The notes beneath the pieces were generated by a model, which worked only from the letters and a program-made list of their open reading frames with translations, was not told the DNA's origin and searched no databases. Both the position numbers and the translations under genes were made by a program. From Candidatus Buchananbacteria bacterium (GTDB lineage Bacteria > Patescibacteriota > Patescibacteriia > Buchananbacterales > UBA6539), in NCBI GenBank assembly GCA_041664985.1, contig JBAYJS010000001.1:1-50433 (forward strand): a stretch of DNA of 50,433 bases, in the 5' to 3' direction. This document shows, piece by piece, positions 25,154 through 34,704 of the stretch. Numbering within the stretch: position 1 is the first letter of the stretch; each line of letters opens with the position of its first letter.

Positions 25154-27145
25154 ATGAGTCAACGATTTAAAGCCGACAATTTTGATATTTTTGGTAGTCC
25201 GCAAAATAGCGGTTATTTAGTCAATCGCAAATCTAATAATAAATGGTTTGAGGTTGATTTATTTTCCAGTCATAACCGGAGTTTAAATAATAATGCCACC
25301 CAGGCTTCAGTCGATCAAAAAATAATTAATCTCTGGTTGGTAGTATTATTTATCGGTTTATCGGTTTTGGGAGCTCGGACCGCTTATTTGCAGTTATTTG
25401 AAGGAACTTATTTTCGGTCAATTGCTGAAGGTAACCGGGTTAGAATTTTAGATATTAAAGCCACTCGCGGCGTAATTTATGATCGAAATAATCAGTTGTT
25501 AGTTGAAAATATTCCAAGTTTTTCTCTGGTAATAGTGCCAGTTGATTTGTCAAAAAAAACCGAAGACCGCCAACAGATTGCCAATGAATTGGCAAAAATT
25601 TCTCAAAAACCAGCCAATGAGATTTTTGATATTTTAATGAATCAGTCGCCCTATTCCTATCAACCGGTAGTGATTGCCGAAAATTTAACCCAGGATCAAG
25701 CCATTGCCGCCAAAATTTTAGCCGGGCGATTTTTGGGTATTGGTTTACAAATTGATAACTCTAGAAATTATTTAAAATCAGGCGAGGTGCAAAGTTTTTC
25801 CCATCTTTTGGGTTATACGGGAAAAATTGACGAAACTAAATTGCAAGAATATCTGGCCAAAGGTTATTTGATTGATGATAGTGTTGGCAAATCGGGGTTG
25901 GAAATGTCTTATGAAAAAGAGCTCAAAGGAATTAACGGCCGGCAGCAGGTTGAAGTCGATGCCACCGGCGAAGCTAAAGAAATTTTAGCTTACCAAAAAC
26001 CGGTTTCAGGCGACAATTTAGTTTTAACTATTGATGTTGATTTGCAAAAACAGGCGGAGCTCAGCTTAAAGAAAGTTTTACAAAAAACCAACAAAAAACG
26101 GGGAGTGGTGATTGCCACTGATCCGACTTCGGGTGGGATTTTGGCTTTAGTCAGTTTGCCTGCCTATGATAATAATTTATTCAGCCGCGGTATCAGCCAA
26201 AAAGATTTATCAGATTTGATTAGTGATCCCAATCATCCCTTATACTCCCGAGCCGTCAGCGGGGAATATCCGCCTGGTTCAACTTTTAAATTAATTGTGG
26301 CTTGTGCGGCTTTACAGGAAAAATTAATTAATCAAAATACCAGCTTTATGAGCACCGGCGGCATTTCAGTCAGCCGTTGGTTTTTTCCCGATTGGAAAGC
26401 CGGCGGTCACGGGTTGACTAATGTGACCAAAGCCATTGCCGAGTCGGTTAATACTTTTTTTTATATTATTGGCGGTGGTTATAATGATTTCAAAGGCTTG
26501 GGCGTGGCTAATATTAAAAAATACGCTGAGCAGTTTGGTTTAAACAAGGAATTGGGAGTTGACTTACCAAACGAGTCTGCCGGGTTTGTTCCCAGTGAAG
26601 AATGGAAGGAAAAAATCAAAAAAGAAATATGGTATATTGGTGATACTTATCATTTTGCCATTGGTCAAGGTGATTTATCAGCTACGCCATTGCAAGTAGC
26701 GTTTTGGACTTTAGCTATTGCCAACGGTGGCACTTTGTATCAACCGCATTTGTTAAAATCGGTTTTAGATAATAATAATCAAGTAATTAAAGAAATTAAA
26801 CCGGTTGTTTTAAGCCAGAATTTTATTGACCCTAAAAATATTGCGATTGTCGGACAAGGCATGCGCCAAACGGTTTTGTCTGGTAGCGGCCGCTATTTTG
26901 GCAGTTTGCCGGTAGAAGTAGCGGCCAAAACCGGTACGGCTGAATGGGCCAGCAATAAACCGACTCATGCCTGGGTGACCACTTTTGCGCCCTATAAAGA
27001 CCCAAAAATTGTCGTGACGGTTTTGGTTGAAGAGGGTGGCGAAGGTAGTAGCGTGGCTGCCCCGGTGGCTTATGATATTTTAAATTGGTGGGCTGAAAAT
27101 CGCTTAAATCCAACCACTACGCCAAATATTGCGGTTAAGCCTTAA
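25154..27145 (+). CDS. mrdA: Penicillin-binding protein 2 (elongasome transpeptidase)
   Basis: RG.IYDRN dimerisation-domain motif, STFK active-site motif (PGSTFKL), SVN-like AESVN, and KTGTAE. Confidence 0.9.
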   Translation: MSQRFKADNFDIFGSPQNSGYLVNRKSNNKWFEVDLFSSHNRSLNNNATQASVDQKIINLWLVVLFIGLSVLGARTAYLQLFEGTYFRSIAEGNRVRILDIKATRGVIYDRNNQLLVENIPSFSLVIVPVDLSKKTEDRQQIANELAKISQKPANEIFDILMNQSPYSYQPVVIAENLTQDQAIAAKILAGRFLGIGLQIDNSRNYLKSGEVQSFSHLLGYTGKIDETKLQEYLAKGYLIDDSVGKSGLEMSYEKELKGINGRQQVEVDATGEAKEILAYQKPVSGDNLVLTIDVDLQKQAELSLKKVLQKTNKKRGVVIATDPTSGGILALVSLPAYDNNLFSRGISQKDLSDLISDPNHPLYSRAVSGEYPPGSTFKLIVACAALQEKLINQNTSFMSTGGISVSRWFFPDWKAGGHGLTNVTKAIAESVNTFFYIIGGGYNDFKGLGVANIKKYAEQFGLNKELGVDLPNESAGFVPSEEWKEKIKKEIWYIGDTYHFAIGQGDLSATPLQVAFWTLAIANGGTLYQPHLLKSVLDNNNQVIKEIKPVVLSQNFIDPKNIAIVGQGMRQTVLSGSGRYFGSLPVEVAAKTGTAEWASNKPTHAWVTTFAPYKDPKIVVTVLVEEGGEGSSVAAPVAYDILNWWAENRLNPTTTPNIAVKP

Positions 27146-27188
27146 GTTTTATTCAGCTAATGATTGTGGATAAGTATCAGTTGCATCC

Positions 27189-27217
27189 TTGACAATATAT
27201 TGAAAGTAATTTAGAAT
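27189..27217 (+). promoter_or_regulatory. greA promoter
   Basis: TTGACA (27189-27194), 17 nt, TAGAAT (27212-27217). Confidence 0.6.
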
Positions 27218-27231
27218 ATATTAAGCTATTG

Positions 27232-27260
27232 AAAATATACAGTTTGTACTGTATATTTTT
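27232..27260 (+). terminator. Terminator-like hairpin inside the greA 5' leader (possible attenuator)
   Basis: ATATACAG (27235-27242)/CTGTATAT (27249-27256) with flanking A/T extension, followed by TTTT. It lies 25 nt before the greA ATG. Confidence 0.5.
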
Positions 27261-27284
27261 AGTTCTAAAAATAAAAAAATATCT

Positions 27285-27746
27285 ATGACTCCAACTACTT
27301 ATATCACCCAAAACGGCTTAGAGAAATTAAAGGATGAATTAGAGTACCTCAAAAAGGCTAAAATGCCTGAAGTTATCGAAAGAATCGCCCGAGCCAGAGA
27401 GTTGGGAGACCTTTCGGAAAATGCCGAGTATCAAGATGCTAAAGACGAACAAGGTTTTATTGCCGGTCGAATTGCCGAGCTCGAACATCTAATTAATAAG
27501 TCAGAAATTATTAAAGAAAACGGCGGACGTGGTGTGGTCAGTATTGGTTGCACCATTAAAGTCATGTGCGGTCCCAGTCAGCAAGAGTATACGATCGTTG
27601 GCTCTAATGAAGCTGATCCGGCCAAAGGCTTGATTTCCAATGAATCACCAATCGGTCGAGCATTTTTAGGCCGAAAACGGGGAGAAAAAGTAATGGTTAA
27701 AATTCCCAAAGGTGAAATGGAATGTGAAATTTTAGACATTAAATAG
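27285..27746 (+). CDS. greA: Transcription elongation factor GreA
   Basis: 153 aa. Family-typical segments: T..G...L..EL..L, GDLSENAEY.DAK.EQ, and ISNESPIGRAFLGRK.GE. Confidence 0.93.
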   Translation: MTPTTYITQNGLEKLKDELEYLKKAKMPEVIERIARARELGDLSENAEYQDAKDEQGFIAGRIAELEHLINKSEIIKENGGRGVVSIGCTIKVMCGPSQQEYTIVGSNEADPAKGLISNESPIGRAFLGRKRGEKVMVKIPKGEMECEILDIK

Positions 27747-27762
27747 ATCCAAATACTTTAGT

Positions 27763-27792
27763 AAAAAATACCAATTTAATTGGTATTTTTTG
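27763..27792 (+). terminator. greA terminator
   Basis: ATACCAA (27768-27774)/TTGGTAT (27780-27786) stem flanked by an A-run and a T-run. Confidence 0.7.
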
Positions 27793-27905
27793 TTTTACCG
27801 TATTATGGTTGGATTGACGGCAGTGGACTCTATTTTTGGCAGTTTCCTTCGTTGACCAAACCTTAAAATTTTAGTAAAATTATGATATAATTTTTAATCA
27901 AAATT

Positions 27906-29375
27906 ATGGCTAATATTTTAAACGACGAGTATCAGACTCGCTTAGAAAAGCTGGAAAATCTCAAAAAAGAAGGGATTAATCCTTATTTGGATAAATTTGA
28001 AAAAGCTCAGCCAATAGCTGAAGTTTTGAAGTTTAAATTGGGTGCCAAAGCCAGAATTGCCGGCCGGTTAATGACAATTCGGGAAATGGGTAAAATTTGT
28101 TTTTGCCATGTCAAAGACGGATCGGGTCGAATGCAGGTGGTTTTAAAGCAAGACGATTTGGATTTAAAAAAGTTTTTGAAAATTTTTGATCCGGCCGATT
28201 TTATTGGTATTGAAGGTGAAGTTTTTAAAACCCAAAAAGGTGAAATATCGGTTTTGGTCAAAAAATATTTTTTATTATCAAAAGCTTTAAGACCGTTGCC
28301 GGAAAAATGGCATGGTTTGCAAGATCAAGAAATAAAATATCGCCAGCGGTATTTGGATTTAATTTCTAGCCAAGAAACAACTGATCGGTTTTTATTTCGT
28401 TCAAATTTTATCAAAAATTTGCGGGAATTTTACTGGCAAAATGGTTTTACTGAAATTGAAACGCCGATTTTAACCAATACTGCTTCCGGCGCTTTAGCTA
28501 AACCATTTAAAACTCATTATAATGCTTTGGACATTGATGTTTATTTAAGAATTGCCATTGAAACTTTTCAAAAAGAAGCAATCGTTGGTGGATTTGAAAA
28601 GACTTTTGAGATTGGACATTGTTTTCGCAACGAAGGCATGGATCCTTCCCATCTTCAGGAATTTACAATGTGTGAGCACTATGCGGCCTATTGGGATTTT
28701 ATAGATAATATGAAATTTACCGAAGAGATGTTTGTCTTTTTATTGAAAAAAATGTTTGGCACTTTAAAGATTGAAATTAAAGACCGCCAAGGCCAAAAAG
28801 TAATGGTTGATTTTAAACCGCCCTGGCCTAAAGTCAGTTTTGCCGATTTGATCAAAAAAGATTGCGGGATTGATATTGATAAATTTGAAACTACCGCTCA
28901 ACTTCGAACGGAAATTAAAGCCAAAAAAATCAAAATTGAAGATTTGGATAAATTAGAACGCGGCAATTTGATTGATGCTTTGTACAAAGAAGTTTCGCGG
29001 CAAAAATTAGTTCAGCCGACATTTTTAATTAATCATCCCTTGGATCTTTCGCCATTGGCCAGACGCAATGATGACAATCCTTCAATTGTTGACCGCTTTC
29101 AGCTGGTGGTTAATACTTGGGAAATTGTTAACGCTTATTCGGAGCTGGTTGATCCGATTGACCAAAAAGAAAGATTTGAAAAACAAGCTAAAGCCAAAGC
29201 CTCTGGCGACGTTGAAGCTCACGGCAAAGATGATGAATACGTTAAAGCTTTAGAGCACGGTGCGCCGCCAATTTCTGGCTGGGGTATGGGCATTGATCGA
29301 ATTGTCACTTTATTAACTCAACAAGATAATTTAAGAGACGTAGTACTGTTTCCCTTGCTGCGTCCGGAAAAATAA
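27906..29375 (+). CDS. lysS: Lysyl-tRNA synthetase, class II
   Basis: OB-fold N-domain (GR.MT.R..GK..F....D..G..Q), RQRYLDLI, FRNEG.D..H..EFT, and GWGMGIDR. Confidence 0.93.
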   Translation: MANILNDEYQTRLEKLENLKKEGINPYLDKFEKAQPIAEVLKFKLGAKARIAGRLMTIREMGKICFCHVKDGSGRMQVVLKQDDLDLKKFLKIFDPADFIGIEGEVFKTQKGEISVLVKKYFLLSKALRPLPEKWHGLQDQEIKYRQRYLDLISSQETTDRFLFRSNFIKNLREFYWQNGFTEIETPILTNTASGALAKPFKTHYNALDIDVYLRIAIETFQKEAIVGGFEKTFEIGHCFRNEGMDPSHLQEFTMCEHYAAYWDFIDNMKFTEEMFVFLLKKMFGTLKIEIKDRQGQKVMVDFKPPWPKVSFADLIKKDCGIDIDKFETTAQLRTEIKAKKIKIEDLDKLERGNLIDALYKEVSRQKLVQPTFLINHPLDLSPLARRNDDNPSIVDRFQLVVNTWEIVNAYSELVDPIDQKERFEKQAKAKASGDVEAHGKDDEYVKALEHGAPPISGWGMGIDRIVTLLTQQDNLRDVVLFPLLRPEK

Positions 29376-29379
29376 AAAT

Positions 29380-29850
29380 ATGATTTTAACCACCTTTCAA
29401 ATCGTATTTCGTTTGCTGCTGTCGGCTGCCTTATCTGGTGTGGTTGGCTTGGAACGAGAGTATCGCCATAAGCCGGCTGGCCTAAGAACCAATATTTTGG
29501 TTGGTGTCGGTTCGACTTTGGTCATGCTAACTTCACTTTTTGTTTCCGGCCAAGACGGCGATCCAACCAAGCTTGCCTATGGGGTTATTACTGGCATTGG
29601 TTTTTTGGGTGCCGGTGTCATTATCCGCGGCCGGGGCGACAAAGAAGACGAAGAAATGGTCCACGGTATAACTACAGCGGCAACGATTTGGTTGGTTTCG
29701 GCAATTGGTTTAGCGGTTGGCTTGGGTTTTTATTTTGCGGCAATTTTTACTACAGCGATTGCTCTGGCTGTTCTTTACGGTTTAAATAGCGATCGAATTC
29801 GTGACAAAATGGAAAATAATCATAAAGAAAAACCGGAAAATTATGAATAG
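29380..29850 (+). CDS. MgtC/SapB family membrane protein
   Basis: LLLSAALSGVVGLERE...AGLRT and ITGIGFLGAG.I are typical MgtC N-domain motifs. Confidence 0.8.
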   Translation: MILTTFQIVFRLLLSAALSGVVGLEREYRHKPAGLRTNILVGVGSTLVMLTSLFVSGQDGDPTKLAYGVITGIGFLGAGVIIRGRGDKEDEEMVHGITTAATIWLVSAIGLAVGLGFYFAAIFTTAIALAVLYGLNSDRIRDKMENNHKEKPENYE

Positions 29851-30409
29851 ACAACAAGCTTACATTTTGCTTACCGAGCACATGAAAATTCCGGCTAATT
29901 TAAATCATAGTCGGGAATCAGAGGTAATCATGAGGGCATTAGCCCGTCGGTTAGGCGAAAATGAAGAGGATTGGGGCAATCTAGGCTTGTTGCATGATAT
30001 TGACTGGGAATACGGGCAAAACGTCCATTGTCGCCAATGCCGCGAGATTTTGGGCCAAGCCGGCTTTAATGATAATTTTATCGAAACGGTTATTTCTCAC
30101 GGTTACGGTTTTGAGGCTTTGGGATCGGATTTAGCGGCCAAACAAAGAACCACTAAATTGCAGCATTTGCTGGCTGCCGCCGAGACAATCACCGGTTTGA
30201 TTTATTCTTGCGCTTTGGTTAGGCCGGATAAAAAATTAGCCTCAGTGGAAGTTAGTTCAATTAAAAAGAAAATGAAAGACAAGTCATTTGCTGCTAATGT
30301 TAATCGTGATATCATTCGCGAATGTGAACAAGCGGGAATTGCTTTGGATGATTTTATTGATTTGAGTTTGCAGGCAGTTAAAGAAATTGCCGGTGAAATT
30401 GGTATCTAG
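29843..30409 (+). CDS. HD-domain (HDIG-like) phosphohydrolase
   Basis: The ATG at 29843 overlaps the upstream stop. H...RALA...LLHDIDWE and ISHGYG are HD-superfamily metal ligands. Confidence 0.7.
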   Translation: MNRQQAYILLTEHMKIPANLNHSRESEVIMRALARRLGENEEDWGNLGLLHDIDWEYGQNVHCRQCREILGQAGFNDNFIETVISHGYGFEALGSDLAAKQRTTKLQHLLAAAETITGLIYSCALVRPDKKLASVEVSSIKKKMKDKSFAANVNRDIIRECEQAGIALDDFIDLSLQAVKEIAGEIGI

Positions 30410-30412
30410 TCT

Positions 30413-30808
30413 ATGAAAAAGATAATGGTTTTCGGGACGTTTGACGGATTGCATGCGGGGCATTTAAATTTTTTTAATCAGGCAAAAAAACTTGGTAACT
30501 ATTTAATTGTTGTGATTGCCAGAGATTATAATGTAAAAAAAATCAAAAATAAATTACCAAGATTAAACGAAACCGAAAGGCAATCGGCAGTCAAAAAAAT
30601 AAAAATTGCCGAAAAGGTAGTTTTGGGCCAAATTAAAAATCCTTACAAAGTTATTGAAAAATATCAGCCGACAGTAATTGCTTTGGGCTATGACCAAAAA
30701 AGTTTTACCAAAGATTTAAAAAAGAATTTTACCAAAATAAAAATTGTCAGATTAAAACCTTATAAACCAAATATTTATAAATCATCTAAACTAGCGCTTA
30801 AAACCTAG
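30413..30808 (+). CDS. Cytidylyltransferase-family nucleotidyltransferase (RibL / FAD-synthase-like)
   Basis: VFGTFDGLHAGHL is an HxGH nucleotidyltransferase signature. 131 aa. Confidence 0.7.
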   Translation: MKKIMVFGTFDGLHAGHLNFFNQAKKLGNYLIVVIARDYNVKKIKNKLPRLNETERQSAVKKIKIAEKVVLGQIKNPYKVIEKYQPTVIALGYDQKSFTKDLKKNFTKIKIVRLKPYKPNIYKSSKLALKT

Positions 30809-30848
30809 ATTTCTAACAACCTATAAACCTATAACCTAATTAACCAGT

Positions 30849-32096
30849 ATGCTAGACATTAATAAAATTCGCAAAGAAAAAGAAATAATTAAAACTGCAT
30901 TGCTCAAAAGAATGGAGCCAAAAAATTTGGATTTGGATTTGGTTTTGGAGCTAGACGATCAAAGAAAAAAGATGTTGCAGCAAGTTGAAGTTTTAAAAGC
31001 CCAAAGAAATAAATATTCCAAAACCAAACCAAGTCCCGAGGTGATTGCTAAAATGAAAGAAATCGGTGAAGAGATTAAAAAAATGGATGACCAAGTCAAA
31101 TTAACCGAAACGGAACTGAATGAAAAATTAGCGGCTTTGCCAAATATTCCAGCCGATGATGTTTTACCCGGCGGCAAAGAAAACAATAAAGTAATTAAAA
31201 CTTTTGGTAAAAAACCGGAATTTAAATTTACGCCCAAAGATCATGTCCAGCTGGCAACTGATTTAGGTATTATTGATTATGAGCGGGGAGTGAAAATGTC
31301 CGGCAACGGTTTTTGGATTTACAAAGGCCAAGGCGCGATTTTGGAATGGGCGCTTTTGAGTTATTTTATCAAATTTCATCAAAAAAACGGCTACACTTTT
31401 ATGATCCCGCCGTTTTTATTAACCGAGCAATCCGCTTACACTTCCGGCCATTTGCCGAAATTTCGTGATGATTTGTATTGGACGCAAGAAAATACTTGTT
31501 TAAATGCAACTTCGGAAATGATGCTTGGCAATTATCATCGGGAAGAAATTTTAGCCGAAGAAGAGTTACCTTACAAATATTGTGCTTACTCGGCTTGCTT
31601 TCGGCGCGAGGCTGGTTCTTACCGCAAAGAAGAGCGGGGGATGATTCGCGGCCATCAATTTAATAAAATTGAAATGTTTCAGTATACCAAGCCCGAACAA
31701 TCTTGGGATTCGTTTAAAGAGTTAGCTGCTAATGCGGAAAAATTAGTTGAAGGTTTGGGCTTGCATTTTCAGTCCGTGCTTTTGGCCGCCGGCGACGCCA
31801 GTGCGGCAATGGCCAAAACCATTGATATTGAGGTTTGGATTCCCAGCATGGAAATTTATAAAGAAGTTTCCAGCGTTTCCAATGCTTTGGACTATCAGGC
31901 CAGAAGAGGTAATGTTCGATTTAAAAACAAAGAAACCGGTAAAAATGAATTTGCTCATACTTTAAATGCTTCGGGTTTGGCTACCAGCCGTTTGTTTCCG
32001 GCAATTTTAGAGCAGTTTCAGCAAAAAGACGGCAGCGTTTTAGTGCCAAAAGTTTTGCAGCCATTTTGTGGTTTTAAAAAAATTGAAAAAAAGTAA
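30849..32096 (+). CDS. serS: Seryl-tRNA synthetase
   Basis: N-terminal coiled-coil arm, CFRREAGS.....G..R.HQF.K.E, and TLNASGLATSR. Confidence 0.93.
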   Translation: MLDINKIRKEKEIIKTALLKRMEPKNLDLDLVLELDDQRKKMLQQVEVLKAQRNKYSKTKPSPEVIAKMKEIGEEIKKMDDQVKLTETELNEKLAALPNIPADDVLPGGKENNKVIKTFGKKPEFKFTPKDHVQLATDLGIIDYERGVKMSGNGFWIYKGQGAILEWALLSYFIKFHQKNGYTFMIPPFLLTEQSAYTSGHLPKFRDDLYWTQENTCLNATSEMMLGNYHREEILAEEELPYKYCAYSACFRREAGSYRKEERGMIRGHQFNKIEMFQYTKPEQSWDSFKELAANAEKLVEGLGLHFQSVLLAAGDASAAMAKTIDIEVWIPSMEIYKEVSSVSNALDYQARRGNVRFKNKETGKNEFAHTLNASGLATSRLFPAILEQFQQKDGSVLVPKVLQPFCGFKKIEKK

Positions 32097-32112
32097 AGTT
32101 AAAGTTAAAGTT

Positions 32113-32161
32113 AAAGGGAAAGGGCCGATTCATGCGCGCATCAATGCACATAAACCGGCCC
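32113..32161 (-). terminator. Terminator-like hairpin of cassette C
   Basis: Minus strand: GGGCCG (32161-32156)...CGGCCC (32127-32122), enclosing a 10-bp ATGCGCGCAT palindrome, followed by TTTCCCTTT. Confidence 0.45.
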
Positions 32162-32195
32162 CGTGAAAGCAGAATGTTCTGCTGGTAAGCAACGA

Positions 32196-32294
32196 CTAGC
32201 GTTGCTGTTCGCGAGCTTGCTGGATTTCTTTCAGCAGCTCTTCGCGACTGGCGGCAACGATCACGTTGCCTTGCGAGTCAACTACTCGTACCAT
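32196..32294 (-). CDS. Cassette C: candidate 32-aa micro-protein MVRVVDSQGNVIVAASREELLKEIQQAREQQR
   Basis: Not in the ORF track. GGAGG (32306-32302) lies 7 nt upstream of the ATG at 32294. GC-rich codons, own promoter and terminator. Confidence 0.45.
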   Translation of the reverse strand: MVRVVDSQGNVIVAASREELLKEIQQAREQQR

Positions 32295-32361
32295 TGGTCT
32301 TCCTCCGTTGTCTCTTATCTCTGCCTTTTGTTTTCCCATCCTGTGAGATGGTTAACAATAT

Positions 32362-32390
32362 ATAATACCATATTGTATAAATATTGTCAA
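32362..32390 (-). promoter_or_regulatory. Sigma-70-type promoter of cassette C
   Basis: Minus strand: TTGACA (32390-32385), 17 nt, TATTAT (32367-32362). Confidence 0.6.
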
Positions 32391-32439
32391 TAGGAATTGA
32401 GATAAAATGGCTAAATTTAGCTAAAAATTGTTTAAAATA

Positions 32440-33552
32440 ATGTATAGTTCTTGGGTAGAAATTTCTCAGTCGGCAATTTTACATAATTTGGCGCAGTATC
32501 AAAAAGTAGTCGGTCACTCGGTTCAGATCATGCCAATTGTTAAAAGCAACGCTTACGGTCATGGGATGATTGAAATTGCCAAATTAGTCAGTCCAAAAGT
32601 TGGCTGGCTTGGCGTGGTCAGTTTGGCTGAGGCATTGGCACTGAGAAAAAATAAAATTAAAAACCGAATTTTTGTTTTAAGTTATTTTCAAAATCAATCT
32701 TTGGCCAAAGGTATTAGCCAAAATATAGAATTGCCAGTCTATGATTTGGAATCGGCCAAGTTGATTTCGCAAACTGCCAAAAGAATAAAAAAAATTGCCA
32801 AAGTGCATATTAAAATTGATACCGGCGCCAGTCGAATTGGAATTTTATCGGAAAATGCTTTAGCGCTGATTAAAAAAATCAATCAGTTACCGAATTTAAA
32901 AATTGTTGGTGTCTACAGCCATTTTGCCGCTTCCGAAGAAAACCAAAAATACACCAAATTGCAACTTGATAAGTTTAGCCAGGTTTTGAATCAAACGGAT
33001 GAATTTAAAATTATTCCTTATCGCCATTTTGCCTGTTCGGCAGCCACTTTAGTCAAGCCGCAGGCTCATTTAAATTTAGTCAGACTGGGTTTGGGTTTAT
33101 ACGGGCTTTGGCCATCGGTGTTGGCAAAAAAACAAGCTTTAAAACTTTATCCGTGGCTGAAACTAAAACCGGCTTTGACTTGGAAAACTAAAATTATTCA
33201 GATTAAAGAAATTGCCGCCGGCACTAAAATCGGTTATGGTTGCGCTTATACGGCCAAACGAAAAATGAAAATCGCAGTTTTGGCGGTTGGCTATTGGGAA
33301 GGTTATGATCGGCGCTTGGGAAATATCGGTGAAGTATTGATTAGAAATAAAAAATGTCCGGTGGTCGGGCGGGTTTGCATGAATTTGACTATGGTTGATG
33401 TCAGTAAAATAAAAAATATCAAAACCAAAGATGAGGTAATTTTATTAGGACAGGGGATACCGGCTGAGGCTTTGGCGCAAAAAATCGGCACAATTAATTA
33501 TGAAGTGGTAACCAGGATAAATCCGTTATTAACAAGAAAATATATAAAATAA
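32440..33552 (+). CDS. alr: Alanine racemase
   Basis: [12 protein letters not shown]-lysine motif, later SHFA and GYGCAY / VCMN motifs. ATG at 32440 (the track lists TTG at 32428). Confidence 0.9.
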   Translation: MYSSWVEISQSAILHNLAQYQKVVGHSVQIMPIVKSNAYGHGMIEIAKLVSPKVGWLGVVSLAEALALRKNKIKNRIFVLSYFQNQSLAKGISQNIELPVYDLESAKLISQTAKRIKKIAKVHIKIDTGASRIGILSENALALIKKINQLPNLKIVGVYSHFAASEENQKYTKLQLDKFSQVLNQTDEFKIIPYRHFACSAATLVKPQAHLNLVRLGLGLYGLWPSVLAKKQALKLYPWLKLKPALTWKTKIIQIKEIAAGTKIGYGCAYTAKRKMKIAVLAVGYWEGYDRRLGNIGEVLIRNKKCPVVGRVCMNLTMVDVSKIKNIKTKDEVILLGQGIPAEALAQKIGTINYEVVTRINPLLTRKYIK

Positions 33553-33556
33553 ATTT

Positions 33557-34702
33557 ATGGCTAAAAAGAAATTAAAAATTGGAGTAATTTTTGGTGGGCG
33601 TTCGGGCGAGCATGAAGTTTCAATTGTTTCGGCCCAGTCAGTGATGAAAGCTTTAGATAAAAATAAATATGACGTTATCCCGATTGGCATTACCAAAGAA
33701 GGTAAATGGATTGCCGGCAGTCAAGCGGTTGATTTTTTGAAAGACGGAATGAAAAAATTACCCTTTAAATCAGTGATTGTGCCGGATCCAACCGAGAAAG
33801 GATTAATCTCGGTTAAAGACAGTAATTTGGCTAAAATTAAAGAGCCAAAACAATCATTTGCCAAGCTAGATGTAATTTTTCCGGTAATGCACGGTACTTA
33901 TGGCGAAGACGGCAAGCTCCAGGGACTTTTGGAAATGGCTAATATTGCCTATGTCGGGCCGGACGTTTTGGGTTCGGCTTTGGGTATGGATAAAATTGTT
34001 CAAAAGCAATTATTTGCCCAGCAACACTTACCGATTGTAAAATATGATTGGTTTTTGACAACCAAGTGGCAAACCGACCGTAATAATATTTTAAAGCGTT
34101 TGGAAAAGAAATTGGTTTACCCGATGTTTACCAAGCCTGCCAATACCGGTTCGAGTGTTGGGGTTGGTAAATGCCATAATCGTAAAGAGTTAATTGCCGG
34201 AATTGCTGAAGCAATGCAATATGACCGAAAAATTATTGTTGAACAGGGGATTGAAAATATTTCCGAAATTGAAGTGGCAGTTTTAGGTAATGACCAGCCC
34301 CGCGCTTCAGTACCGGGTGAAATTGTGCCGGGTAATGAATTTTATGATTATGATGCTAAATATGTTGATGGTAATTCCCAAGCAATAATTCCTGCCAAAT
34401 TGCCCGCTAATTTAATTAAAGAAATTCAAGCGGCGGCAGTTTTGGGTTTTAAAACCCTTGACTTGGCGGGTATGGCACGAGTTGATTTTTTTGTGGTTAA
34501 AAATACCAAAAAGATTTATATCAACGAAGTCAATACTATTCCCGGATTTACTTCAATTTCAATGTATCCAAAGCTTTGGGCCGCATCCGGCATCCCTTAT
34601 CCTGAGTTATTGGATCGTTTAATCAAACTGGCAATCCAACGGTTTGAACAAAAAAATAAGTTTGCCACTTCTTATCAACCAAAGCAAGATTGGTATAAAT
34701 AA
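33557..34702 (+). CDS. ddl: D-alanine--D-alanine ligase
   Basis: [33 protein letters not shown] and EVNTIPGFT. Confidence 0.93.
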   Translation: MAKKKLKIGVIFGGRSGEHEVSIVSAQSVMKALDKNKYDVIPIGITKEGKWIAGSQAVDFLKDGMKKLPFKSVIVPDPTEKGLISVKDSNLAKIKEPKQSFAKLDVIFPVMHGTYGEDGKLQGLLEMANIAYVGPDVLGSALGMDKIVQKQLFAQQHLPIVKYDWFLTTKWQTDRNNILKRLEKKLVYPMFTKPANTGSSVGVGKCHNRKELIAGIAEAMQYDRKIIVEQGIENISEIEVAVLGNDQPRASVPGEIVPGNEFYDYDAKYVDGNSQAIIPAKLPANLIKEIQAAAVLGFKTLDLAGMARVDFFVVKNTKKIYINEVNTIPGFTSISMYPKLWAASGIPYPELLDRLIKLAIQRFEQKNKFATSYQPKQDWYK

Positions 34703-34704
34703 AT

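Noticed and set aside
27800-27860. Imperfect inverted repeat GGTTGGATTGACGG ... CGTTGACCAAACC upstream of lysS, considered as a possible T-box or riboswitch
   Set aside because: It is too short, lies upstream of or overlapping the putative promoter (TTGACC) rather than in a leader, and has no specifier or T-box motif. At most it is a weak operator candidate.
32094-32118. Short tandem hexamer repeat (TTAAAG x3-4) after serS, considered as a CRISPR or minisatellite
   Set aside because: It is only about 25 nt with no spacers and no cas genes. It is a trivial microsatellite next to the cassette C terminator. A similar remark applies to the ACCTATAA duplication at about 30819-30838.
32163-32393. 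76-aa + strand ORF in the serS-alr gap
   Set aside because: It has no SD or promoter on the + strand, and it is antisense to a unit with promoter, SD, ATG and terminator on the minus strand. It is likely a shadow of cassette C.
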